The notes under the pieces: generated by a model
The model's input: the letters and a program-made list of their open reading frames with translations, nothing else
Told to the model about the DNA's origin: nothing
Databases searched by the model: none
Program-made: the position numbers and the translations under genes
Source: Thraustochytrium aureum
Taxonomy: Eukaryota
NCBI GenBank assembly: GCA_012862495.1
Contig: BLSG01000056.1
Coordinates: forward strand, 66,745-104,923
DNA: 38,179 nt
Direction of reading: 5' to 3'
Shown: piece by piece, positions 9,201 to 20,205 of the stretch
How the letters are laid out: each line of letters starts with the position of its first letter
Position numbering within the stretch: position 1 is the first letter of the stretch

Positions 9201-12200
9201 TGAGCAGGATGTTGGAGGGCTTGACACCGCCGTGGGCCTCGCCGCGCTCGTGCAGAAAGCGGAGCGCCAGCAACACGTTTTGAGCTACGGTCGCAAGCAC
9301 AGTCTCGTCCCACACGGCGTTTTGGCCCAGGTGAAAATCGAGCTCGCTTTCCTCTTGCGCCGCGCTCCCTCCCGCCGGGTTGCCACTGCTTGAGGGGCGC
9401 TGATGCCACAGACGTCGTTCGCGGCCGCCTGCGCCATCTCCGCGCCGATGTCGCATACTCTTGCACCTCCTGCCCCGTCGTGGTTCTCCTCCTGAATCAC
9501 GCCAATGCCCAGGGCCGGCCCGTTCGGGCTGGCCGAAGACCCAGAGCTGCCCGACAATTCGGAGCCTTCGGTATACGGTGGGCATTCCTCCAACTCGAGG
9601 ACGTCCTGGAGGCTCCCGCCGTCCGAGTACTCGACGAGAAGGTTTAGCGTCTGGTCGTTGAGGTCCAAATACGATCCATAGAACGCGCCGAGCTGAGGAC
9701 AGAGTGCAAACTCTCGAGCGGCGATCCACACATCCGCAGCCCTAAGCGGGCCATCTTCGGCAGGATCAGACTCGTTGGGGTCCCCTTCTCTCCCGCCCAT
9801 CGTCTCGACAGACATGATTCTTCGCCACGCGGCTGCGATGGCGTCCGCAGCGGCATGCGAGTCGTCAACTGTGGGGAGCGGGAGCTCTTTGATTGTCACG
9901 ATGGTAAAAGTGGGCAGGTGCAGGCCGGCCATGCACGTCGTTTGCAGGTAGGTCGACGGCTTGAACCCGTGCAGCTCGGCGTACCTGCAAACTGCCATTT
10001 TGTCGCTCTCGAAGTCGCGCTTCGACCGCGAGGGGGACGGCCGAAAGTTGGCGCGCTCGGGCCCGAGACCACCTACGGCGACCGCCAAGGAGGCCCCCTC
10101 CTTTGTGCCGCCAGGTTGAAAGGCCTGCGCACGCTTGGATCCCGACAGCTCTGAGGGCTCTGGCGTTGTGAGGTCCCCCTCAAACAGCAAGGTGAGGTCG
10201 TCCTGGCCACCGAGCAAGTCGTCGGAGCCGCGGGCGATGGTCGTCTGCATCGTCTTGAAGCGCGACCGGTTAGCCTCAGCACGTACATGAACCGCACCGC
10301 CGCTAGCTGCGTAACCGAGTTGAAAACGCAATCGCGCTTGACCGGCCGGCTCGTTGTGGGCACCTTCAGAAACCGTTCTGCAATGCGGTGCCGACGGAGC
10401 ATGCGCCGCTGGTTGGCGCGCTTGATGCGGCTTGCAGCAAGGTCGGCGCTTTGGTCGGCGCTCCTCGTGCTTGCCATGGTACTTGCTTCGCTGCGGTGTG
10501 CAGTTGCCCATGGGCTTTCGCCGCTTGCGCCACTGTGCACGCTTGCGAGCGAGAATTCAGCACCCACGTACCCAGAGTTGAAATCCTCGCCCTCGTCGCT
10601 GTCGTCGCTGTCGCCAGACCCGTACACTTCGTCCTCGTCCTCGTCGTCGCAGCCATCGCCGCCACCTTTCGCTACATTTGCGGCGCCCCAATTCCCCTTT
10701 GCAGTGCTCGACGAGCTCGGGGTAAATTCATCGCGAGACGTGCGAATGGTCGTTGGACCGTGGCTTTCGCTAAAACCCGTGTCGAGGCGCAGCCCGCGCC
10801 CCCTCCGCCAAGGCTTGTTTCAACGACGTCAAGTGAAAGCTGCGGCAACACCTCGCTCGGGGACGGCGACTCCATTTGGCGACCCCGTCCTGCTTCAGAC
10901 ACAAAGGTCATCGAGCTGGCGCTTGAAGCCCCGTCGAGCGAGTATGCGGATTGGCGGTTGGCCTCAAACGTCGCTTCGGGACGAGCGACAACGAGGGCCT
11001 TTGCCTTGGCCGGAAGGAACGCAATGCGAAGGTTTGCACTGACGCCCCTGTAGATGATGTCGTCCTTGTCAAGCTCGACGTCGAAAACAGGGCGGTCGCG
11101 AGCACCTGGATAACGCTTGTTCCGGATCGTGCAGGGGACGTAGCGGCGCTGCGTGTGCTCCCAGAAAAAGGCGCGCGAATCTGCGCGGAGCAAAAAGTCC
11201 AGATCCTCCTCAGAGGCGAAGCGGGCTCTGCGCGCGAACCCGCCCTTCTCCAGAATCTCGTCCAGGTGCCGCACGATTACTGGGAACGTGGGTCGGGCGC
11301 GAGACTCCTTGTCCCAGCAAAGCCTTATTATCTTGGCGACGTCTGGGTGAACGGCCTCGTCAATCTCAGGGCGGTAGTCGCACACCATAACTTCGTGGAA
11401 GAGCTTGGCGATGGTCCAATTCTTTGGATGCGGCGTGAGATGAGGATGGAACATCTGCCAAAGCACCATCGCGAAGGCGTAAACGTCCACGGCGGGGCCG
11501 ACCTGTTCCATGACACCACGCAAAAGCTCTGGCGCCATGTATGGCGGTGTGCCGCCCATGGCAGAAAGCGTAATATTCATCGTCTTGTTGGGGCCCGAGT
11601 GCAACTTGGCGATTCCCAAGTCGCAGATCTTGGCGTTGCCCGCCTGGTTCAGGAGGATGTTCTCGGGCTTGATGTCAAAGTGGATCAGGTTGCTATCGTG
11701 GATATACCCGAGCCCAGCGCAAATCTCCTTCACGAGCTGCAGTTTGCGCGGAAACTCAAAGTCTGACCAGGTCAAAGGCAAACCACCGGGCGAGTGAAAG
11801 TCTTCCTCTTGGAGAAGGTCACGGAGGCTGCACGTTGCAAGCTCCATGACGACCAAGAATCGCCATTGTCCCGTGTCGATGCTTCGTGCCTGGGCGCACC
11901 CGTAAAGCTGAATCACATTCGGGTGGCGGAGCAGACGCAAGTGTCGAACCTCGCGCCAAATCAGGTCCTTCGGGTCCAGCACAGCCCCCGAAGTGGCGGC
12001 GTCGTCGTCGTCGCCGCTGCCGCCCGGGTCGCCAAACTCNNNNNNNNNNNNNNNNNNNNNNNNNNNNNNNNNNNNNNNNNNNNNNNNNNNNNNNNNNNNN
12101 NNNNNNNNNNNNNNNNNNNNNNNNNNNNNNNNNNNNNNNNNNNNNNNNNNNNNNNNNNNNNNNNNNNNNNNNNNNNNNNNNNNNNNNNNNNNNNNNNNNN

Positions 12201-14363
12201 NNNNNNNNNNNNNNNNNNNNNNNNNNNNNNNNNNNNNNNNNNNNNNNNNNNNNNNNNNNNNNNNNNNNNNNNNNNNCGATGGTGCGCGTCCCAATCAAGA
12301 AGGTTCGGGAAGAGCTCCTTGACGGCGACGTCAGACCCGCAATACTGCGCCTTGAAGATTCGCCCGTTGGCCCCGTGCCCGATCACAGGACCCAGCGAGA
12401 GCTGAGCAAAGTCTATTTCCAGATCTTTGAGCATCGACTCAAACTCGGGGCGGACCGCGTCGTTGTCGCGCGAGTTTCCTTCGCTGCCGCCGTCTTCGTC
12501 TTCTCCTAACTTGGCAGACCGCCGGGCGACCTTTCTGCACATCAGCGTTTGCCTGATCGCGTTGCGGCGCCACACGAGAAAAAGGAGGACCGGAACGGCG
12601 GCGACACCCAAGACCACAGCAACGACAACGCTGGCAACACTCTGGATCTCCTCAACCGTCCCCATCGTCGGAGCCCTCGTCTCGCTCTTGTTGGCATACC
12701 AGGTCGGGCAATCGGCGATCAAAGAGCTTTCCAGGAGCTGCAGGTCCTCTTCGCTCAGCGATAACCGGTACGCGCGCCTAACAGAGCCGACCGGGTCTAT
12801 CTGGCGAACCGCGTCGCCGCCCTCGATGTTGGCGCGCGAGACGTGCCACTGCCCGGTGTCGTACCAGTAGAAGCGGTCTTCCAGGGCGCGATTGGTGCCT
12901 TCCTTGCCTGCAAACAGTTCGGTCAAGAACTCGTCCAGCGAGAACCGCGCTCGCCGTGTTGGAGGCGGGGTCACTGGGGACGGCGTTGGCGCCGGCGTTG
13001 GTGCAGGCGTGCCGGTCGGCGAGTTTGTTGGGCTGGCGGTCGGCGGGGTCGGCGCGGCCGATGGCGCCGCGGACGGCGCTGCAGACGGCGCTAGCGTTCC
13101 GTTCACCAAAGTTGGCGCGTCTGTGGCGTTTGTGTCAAAGGTCTCGCTGTCAGAAAGCAGGCCTGTCACGACATCACCCGCTTGCAGAGTGTCCGGTCGC
13201 GAAATGGGTCGGCTCCTGCGAGCGCCTGATGGTGCTGATGGTGCTGATGGTGCTGATGTGGGCTCGGGCACAGCTGAGGTCGGTGCAGCGGTCGGCGCGA
13301 CGGTGATGTTGCTCGACGGCGCAAGCGTTGCATTCGTCAAATTCGCTATGGGGCTCAACGTCGGAGTTGCTGTTGGTAGCGCAGTGGTGGGCGCCCGCGA
13401 CGTCGGCGCACGCGTGGTTGGCCGTCGTGTTGGAGCCGGCTGGTTTCGCGCGAGCGCAAAGGTGACAGTACAGCGATTTGGTGCGCCAAGGCTTTCTTGC
13501 CGCGCGCAGGTCAGGTTTGTCTCCAAAAAGGGCATCAGCTCGGCAATGGTGTTTGTGAGCTCGAGGCGCAAAGGGATGTCGAACCCGATGAGGCCTTCCG
13601 CTGTCTGGTTCAGCTTTTGGTTGAGCAGAAAGGCAATATAGCAGCGGAAGCCAACCTCGAACGGAAGTGGCGCGAGGCCGGCCTGTGCGTCTGCCAGCCG
13701 ACGCGCCATACTCGGCAGCGCAGCCGTGTGCGAAGCCTCAAGGTCGTGCAGAAACGAGGTTGAGGGGTCAAAGTCGACGTACAGGTTAGACACGACCACT
13801 GAGAAAAACTGCTCCTGGGTCGGCGACGTAGTTGGCCTGCGCGTCGGTGAGATCGAGGGATAGAACGTTGGGTGGGTCGTTGGTGCGGTGCTCGGCGTGA
13901 TCGTCGGAACTAGGGTCGGAGACGGCGTTGAGGTATCAACTCGAGGGCATATACATATTCCAACCCTGCCAGCGGTGAAATTGGTGAAACAGAGCCCGTC
14001 CTTGAGATCTCCGAGTAGCCCAGGAACCTCGGGCTTGAAGCACTCTCTTTTGCTCCCCCCCGATCCAGTCACGGGAGTAAGGCCCAGCGACGGATAGTCT
14101 ATTGTGGCGTTGCAGGCGTTCCCTGGTGTTGCCGAAGTCCAGTTCTTGCTTTTCAGGTACGCCGTGAAATTTCCGAATGCGTCCGGACTAAGGTCAAGCT
14201 GAGCAGCGGACGCAAAACATTGCGCGGTGCTCAAGCCGCGCTGCAGCAGCTCAGTGGCGGCTGTGTGCAGGTCGCGTCTCAAGCCGGGCGCCGCGGGCGA
14301 CCCGTGCAGAAGCAGGAAGCTTGCGACAAGAATCGCCGCTGCGACGATTGCGCCGAGTCTCAC
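6263..14363 (-). CDS. Putative single giant receptor-like kinase with three kinase-fold domains (TKL, MAP2K-like pseudokinase, TKL); interrupted by two gaps and about four 1-nt frameshifts; 5' end probably in the gap at 14395
   Basis: Overlapping minus-strand ORFs 11961-14363, 10672-12294, 10073-10627 (frame open from ~10818), 9285-10511, 8875-9729 and 6263-8962 join via the 12040-12275 gap and -1 shifts near 10800, 10270, 9395 and 8990. There is no intergenic-looking DNA between them. It could alternatively be two genes split near 10670. Confidence 0.6.
6355..7175 (-). other. C-terminal TKL-group (Raf/MLK-like) kinase domain with intact catalytic motifs
   Basis: IPFEELKFEGILGRGAFGTVAKGRWRGRAVAIK, HRDVKPQNVLL, DFG, GGTPAYMAPE, KSDIFSLG, CWEGDRSLRP. 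Confidence 0.92.
8670..9990 (-). other. STE7/MAP2K-like kinase domain, probable pseudokinase (split by two frameshifts)
   Basis: GLHLPTFTIVTIKEL, FYGSYLD..LNLLVEYSDGGSLQDVL, VLATVAQNVLLALRFLHE..HGGVKPSNILLKTDGSVKLGDFG, YQSPEQL..SDVWSLA, LREFLKSALRFDPSDRPSVDQLLSHPWV. Confidence 0.75.
11250..14363 (-). other. Receptor module: hydrophobic N-terminus, Cys-containing plus Pro/Thr-rich mucin-like ectodomain, TM helix (~12570-12638), TKL-group kinase domain 1
   Basis: LGAIVAAAILVASFLLL; APTxxPT repeats; VASVVVAVVLGVAAVPVLLFLVWRR; IGHGANGRIFKA..VAVKEL, HFDIKPENILL, DLG, GGTPPYMAPE, CWDKESRARPTF. Confidence 0.88.
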
Positions 14364-15162
14364 AAGAGCTGCACCGCGCCGCCATTCGTTCCCANNNNNN
14401 NNNNNNNNNNNNNNNNNNNNNNNNNNNNNNNNNNNNNNNNNNNNNNNNNNNNNNNNNNNNNNNNNNNNNNNNNNNNNNNNNNNNNNNNNNNNNNNNNNNN
14501 NNNNNNNNNNNNNNNNNNNNNNNNNNNNNNNNNNNNNNNNNNNNNNNNNNNNNNNNNNNNNNNNNNNNNNNNNNNNNNNNNNNNNNNNNNNNNNNNNNNN
14601 NNNNNNNNNNNNNNNNNNNNNNNNNNNNNNNNNNNNNNNNNNNNNNNNNNNNNNNNNNNNNNNNNNNNNNNNNNNNNNNNNNNNNNNNNNNNNNNNNNNN
14701 NNNNNNNNNNNNNNNNNNNNNNNNNNNNNNNNNNNNNNNNNNNNNNNNNNNNNNNNNNNNNNNNNNNNNNNNNNNNNNNNNNNNNNNNNNNNNNNNNNNN
14801 NNNNNNNNNNNNNNNNNNNNNNNNNNNNNNNNNNNNNNNNNNNNNNNNNNNNNNNNNNNNNNNNNNNNNNNNNNNNNNNNNNNNNNNNNNNNNNNNNNNN
14901 NNNNNNNNNNNNNNNNNNNNNNNNNNNNNNNNNNNNNNNNNNNNNNNNNNNNNNNNNNNNNNNNNNNNNNNNNNNNNNNNNNNNNNNNNNNNNNNNNNNN
15001 NNNNNNNNNNNNNNNNNNNNNNNNNNNNNNNNNNNNNNNNNNNNNNNNNNNNNNNNNNNNNNNNNNNNNNNNNNNNNNNNNNNNNNNNNNNNNNNNNNNN
15101 NNNNNNNNNNNNNNNNNNNNNNNNNNNNNNNNNNNNNNNNNNNNNNNNNNNNNNNNNNNNNN

Positions 15163-15351
15163 GGTCTCGGACCGGTGCGTGCTGGAAGAGGTCACCTCGT
15201 GCTGGTCCAAGGCACAAAGGGGGGGCTGGAGAAGGTAGGCCAGCAAGTGGACTGTCCCCCGTACATCATGCGCGGGTTTCGGAACAACTGCGACTCGGAC
15301 AAGTGCCGCGGCGTGATCAAAATTGCTGCGCTCAACCAGTGCTCCATTTGA
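15163..15351 (+). CDS. 3' fragment of a small Cys-rich hypothetical protein; 5' part in the gap
   Basis: Coding-like codon usage; ...LEKVGQQVDCPPYIMRGFRNNCDSDKCRGVIKIAALNQCSI*; possible frameshift at the G7 run near 15220. Confidence 0.4.
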   Translation, partial: GLGPVRAGRGHLVLVQGTKGGLEKVGQQVDCPPYIMRGFRNNCDSDKCRGVIKIAALNQCSI

Positions 15352-15435
15352 TTCGGGTCGACGCGCGCCAGTCCAGACAGAGTGCGCCGGGCCGCTTTGG
15401 TTCGGTCCGGCGACCACCATTGGCGCTGGGTTGCA

Positions 15436-15550
15436 GCAAGCACCAGCGGCAGCAGAGCAAGGAGCAGCAGCGGCAGCCGCAAGCGGCAGCAGCAGCAGCA
15501 GCAACTACATCTACAGCAGCAGCAAAAACAACAACAACAACAACAACAAC
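15436..15550. repeat. (CAG)n/(CAA)n microsatellite between convergent genes
   Basis: cagcagcagcagcagcaac...aacaacaacaacaacaacaacaac. Confidence 0.8.
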
Positions 15551-15627
15551 GAGTCGCCGCCAGTTTGGTTGATGAAAAAAGGCTCCTGAACTCCTCCTCT
15601 ATTTGCTAGCAAGAGTGCGCCGTGCGC

Positions 15628-17182
15628 TCAAGCGAGCGGCAGCCCAGCAGACCGCGCAAGCTGGTAGAACGAATCGATCGATCGGGGCCCCTCGGCAAGA
15701 AGCCCCTTGACGCTGCCGAGGGAAGACGAGAGCGCCGCGGCGGGCGAGTCTGCAGCACCAGTCTCGACAAGCCGGTCTGCGATCGTGATGGTTACGGAGA
15801 CAACCTCGAAGAAGGCCCCGATCCCGGTGTCGAAGAGCCCCCAGAATGGGCGCTGCTCCTGCGCAAACGCGCCCTTGTCGAGAGAAAGCGTTGCCGCGAG
15901 CTGCGCGCAGACCTTGGCAGCCGCCGGGGCCAAAGGCAAGCGCGCTTGGTCCAGTGCCCGGCCCGCGCCGCGGCCAAAATTGTGCTCGAGATGGTATGCG
16001 AGGCAGCTGAGCCCCAGCGTCCCGGTATCGCGCATCTGCTGGTCGCGCAACGGGTTGTCGTCCTCAAACCCGAGCAGCCGCCACTGCGCGCCCTTGCGCT
16101 GGAAAGGCTGGCTGGGAAAGGCAGCTTTCCAGCAAGTCTTGAGGAGGTCGAGGTGGTTGGGGTTGTCCTTTTCTAGCGCCTCCTGGAACATCTTGCGGGC
16201 GAGGTGCCCCAGCACGCCGCGCTGCTGCGTGTTCGGAAGGCCTTCCGAGCCCCCGCCGGCGAACGAAATGGCCGCCGCTGCTGACTTTTTGAAAAAGCTG
16301 GTCACGGAAGCCCCAAAAGCCGTCTTGCCCAGGGACTGCAAATAAGCCGCCGAGGAGGCAGCGGCGGCGGCATTGGCGCTCTGGCTAGAGTCGTGGCCGG
16401 AGCCGGAGTTGTCGTGACTGTGCGCCGAGCCCTTGCTAGCGCGCGCACTTTCATGCGCCGTGACGTGACCAGGTGCGGCATCAGAGTCAGAGTCGTCCGA
16501 GTCATCCGAGTCGTCCGAGTCCGTTCCAGACGACCCTGATGAGGAGGCCGAGAGGTCGTCGGAGGGGCCGGTAAAGGGGCTCCTCTCGGTGCCGATGATG
16601 GCGGCGCTCGATTGTTTCCGCCCCTTTGCCTGACGCGGAGGTATTGGAGCTGAAAAACGCGTCCATGTCGTCCTCCTCGAAGCCGACCGCCGGCTGCTCT
16701 GGGGCGGCGGTACTTGCGACCTGGTCCACGGTGCTCGGCGCCCCAAAGAGGTCGGCAGGCCCTTCGCCATTGGCAGCAGTTCTTGAGGCCGTCGATTCTG
16801 CGCCGTTCGAAGAAGGTAGCTGGCCTCCCGTCGCGCGGTGGCTCGCTACGAACGTCGCGGGCTCATCATCGGCCAGCTCGTCCGCGCTCTCGCTGTCCGA
16901 GTCGAACATTATTGGCAGTGCGCGGATGTGCGGCGGGCCGCCTTCAGGGGCGCGTGGGGCGACGTCGTCGTCGTTGACGAGGTCTCGCCACGCGACTGCG
17001 CCGGGCTTTGTCGGATGCTGGGTTTTGGCTCGAAAGTGGAACGCGCCGGGCTCTGGAAATGCATTCCTGAGCGTTTTGAGGTCAAGTTCGCTGCTTCCTG
17101 CCCCCTCATACCTGAAGGCCAGCACCTCGCCCAGCACGGCGGGCCCGTCGGCGCTCGACACTTCGTAAAGTACAAGCGGCAT
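15628..17182 (-). CDS. ELMO/CED-12 domain protein (ELMOD-like Arf/Arl GAP) with N-terminal DIX-like domain; one frameshift near 16620
   Basis: N-terminus (ATG 17182): LKTLRNAFPEPGAFHFRAKT...VAWRDLVNDDDVAP. After an acidic Ser-rich linker: DNPNHLDLLKTCWKAAFP...QWRLLGFEDDNPLRDQQMRDTGTLGLSCLAY, matching the ELMO W-x3-GF-x4-P-x2-D..RxxGxLGL signature. Confidence 0.72.
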
Positions 17183-17341
17183 TCTGCAGTCCGGGCCCGC
17201 GGTCGTCGCGGCGCAGGCGCAGCAGCGCGTCTGCGCCAGCCGGAGCAAGCAAGCCTCGACTCGACCGTCGGACAGAGGTGGCGCGGAGACGCCACCCTTC
17301 CTTGGATTTGGCGGCTCTTCCTGGTGGTCCGCGAAACGTGT

Positions 17342-17447
17342 CGAGTCAGCCCGGCCTGTCGGCCTGTCGGAGGCGTTTTCAGGAGCGGGCGAGTCAGCCC
17401 GGCCTGTAGGTCTTTCGGAGGCGTTTTCAGGAGCGGGCGAGCCAGCC
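17342..17447. repeat. 48-bp tandem repeat, ~2.2 copies
   Basis: CGAGTCAGCCCGGCCTGT(C/A)GG(C/T)CT(G/T)TCGGAGGCGTTTTCAGGAGCGGG at 17342 and 17390, partial copy at 17438. Confidence 0.9.
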
Positions 17448-17732
17448 AGTTGAGGTTTTCACATGGCATGTAGTGTTTATTTTTGTTTGCTGCAATTGCT
17501 ATGACTCGAGTCACAACTGAGGGGATCACCGATGCCCCGTTTCAGGCTGCCTGGCAGCCTCCAGAGGGCGTCGAATCCGTCGTTGGCCAATCAAGGCGAT
17601 GGCCCGTCAGCGCAGCCTCGCGCTTGTCGTGTCCAAAGAGGATGGGATCGACTCTACTAGTTCAGGTCGTCTTCCGTCAAGTCGCGCACAGCCAGGGCGC
17701 GCACAGCCAGGGCGCGACACGACAGATCACAA

Positions 17733-19437
17733 TCAGCGGCGCTTGCGCTTACTGGCGACAAACTGGTGGCGCTCCTCGTCGTCGGCTATGGCTAGCCGCG
17801 CAGCCTGAACGGCGTTCGAGACCCGGGTTAGCAGCACAAGAACGTCCGCCTCTTCGTCGACGTCTGGCAACAGATGCAGCTTGGACCCCGTTGTCGCCTC
17901 GATGGCATGCACAAGCTTGATGTCATACTGCGACACAAAAGTGACCGCGAGACCGCTTCGCCCAGCGCGCGCCGTACGGCCCACGCGATGCACATAGTCC
18001 TCCACGGAGTGCGGCACATCGTAGTTGACCACCATGTCAACGAAGGGAATATCGAGACCGCGGGAGGCAACGTCTGTTGCCACGAGCACGTTGGTTATTC
18101 GCGACCGGAACTTGCCCAGCGCAGCGAGGCGGCGGTTTTGTGTGAGCCCGCCGTGAAGCACCGAGCAGTTGACGCCCAGTTCAAGCAAGGCCTGGCCGAT
18201 GAGCTGGCAGTTGCGGCACGAGGAGGTGAACACGATCGCGAGCTTGGCGCGCTCAAAGTGAAAGGGCGGGAGGCTGCTCGAGTCCTCGTCCCCTTCGTTC
18301 GCAGCTGAAGACGCGCCGCGCCCGGCGGTGCGCGCGTCGCCCTCCTCTCCTCGTGCACTTGCTCGATCGCTTGCGGGCCCGGCGATTTGGCGGCGACGCT
18401 TCTTGGCCCCGAGCTGCGCCCCTGGCGCTAGGGGCCCCTCCGCGACCTCTGGACCCAGGCGCCGGAGCACGTATGCCAGGTAGACGGGCTTGACTTGGTG
18501 CGGGACGAGCAGGTAGCGCTCGTCAAGCAGACCGGGCGTGGCGGCGAGCTTGTTGGCGTGAAACTCAAACAGCTGCTTCTTGGACTGCTGTTTGGCCTTG
18601 CCAAGCGCCGACGTCATTGTCGCAGAGNNNNNNNNNNNNNNNNNNNNNNNNNNNNNNNNNNNNNNNNNNNNNNNNNNNNNNNNNNNNNNNNNNNNNNNNN
18701 NNNNNNNNNNNNNNNNNNNNNNNNNNNNNNNNNNNNNNNNNNNNNNNNNNNNNNNNNNNNNNNNNNNNNNNNNNNNNNNNNNNNNNNNNNNNNNNNNNNN
18801 NNNNNNNNNNNNNNNNNNNNNNNNNNNNNNNNNNNNNNNNNNNNNNNNNNNNNNNNNNNNNNNNNNNNNNNNNNNNNNNNNNNNNNNNNNNNNNNNNNNN
18901 NNNNNNNNNNNNNNNNNNNNNNNNNNNNNNGACGCGGATTGGCGCTCCGAGCGCGAGGAACTGCTCTGCGATCTGGAAGGCTAGCTCGCGCGTCGGCGTC
19001 AGCACTACCGCGAACACGCCGTACATGTCGGCTGCGAGTTTGTCGAGGATCGGGAGCGCAAAGGCCGCTGTTTTGCCGCTGCCGGTGGGCGCGCTACCGA
19101 TAATGTTACATCCTCTCAGCGTGGGCGGGACGCACCGCTTCTGGACAAGAGTCGGCTCTGCCATGCCGAGCTTGGCGCAGTTGTCGACGAGCCACGGGCT
19201 CAGCCCGAGGCTCTCGAAGGTCCAATCGCTGTCATCTACAGGGTGGCTGGCGTTGTCGGCCGCCTCGTCCTCGTCGCTGCTGGCAAGCTGCTCCACGTCC
19301 GCATCGGGCTTGGAAGGACTGTCGCCTTTGCTCTCGTTCGTGGCGTCACGTTTTTTGAAGAGTGAAAAGCCGCCTGCGGCCTCGCCTTGCTCGTCCTCGC
19401 TGCTGCTCTCGCTCTCTACGCGCGCGCGCCGCGGCAT
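17733..19437 (-). CDS. DDX49: DEAD-box RNA helicase DDX49/DBP8 (18S rRNA biogenesis); DEAD motif region lies in the gap
   Basis: Q motif FESLGLSPWL..PTLVQ; GSGKTAAFALPIL; YGVFAVVLTPTRELAFQIAEQF (DBP8-diagnostic); SAT; LVATDVASRGLDIP; YVHRVGRTARAGR. Confidence 0.92.
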
Positions 19438-20205
19438 CTTGGCGCCTCGAGCGCAGCGCGACTGCGCCGCTCCCCCTCGCGCACTTGCCTCCTCGCGCAC
19501 TGCCTGGACGTGCCGATTGCGTTCCTCGCAAAGCGTACCTTCGCACAACGCGTTTCTCACAATTCAACGTGCTGAGCAGCATCGGCTTCTCTCCAGCGAC
19601 CGTGAAGCCAGCCATTCATGGCACGAGCTGCCCGAGTTGCAGAATGTGCCCAGAGCGCGAGCCAGGGCGGCGCGTCGCACGCAGGCCCCTGACGGATGAG
19701 TCGAATCCTCCCCGTTGCAGCAGGCAGGCAGCGGCTGTCTTCGAACGAGTCGATCTCCGTCTTTCAGGTTCATGACCGCAAGCAAGCAAGGAGCCGCAAT
19801 TGATTTCGAGTGGGCAAACAAACGCGTGTCCCTGCTCTCCTCGGCCAATCGACTCCGCTTCCACCGGCAAGTACACGTTGGCGGCCGGTGCTCCACGAGC
19901 GATGGCTGCTAGTGGGGAGGCAGGAGACAGCACGCGTGAGCCCGCGTCGTACCTATCCTTCGTCGGATTTCACGAAATTGCACCACAAGAGTCACGTCAC
20001 CTCATCATCCATTCACTTCCCAGCAGACCTGCAACGAGGTTTTCCTTGCTGCAACAGGCACGCAGAGCAGCAGCTGACAGGCAGAGCGAGAGTCTCGCGG
20101 GCGCAGGCGACGCGCAGGAGGGCAGGCGCTGCGGCTGGCTGGCTGGCTGGCTGGCGGGCTGGCTTCGTCGTGGACTGGGGACGGCAGCGTGCGCGACCGG
20201 GCAAG

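Noticed and set aside
8985..10820. Programmed ribosomal frameshifting or insertional RNA editing as a system
   Set aside because: No shared slippery heptamer at the junctions; shifts elsewhere go in both directions and sit in G/C runs, so sequencing error is the simpler explanation until reads say otherwise.
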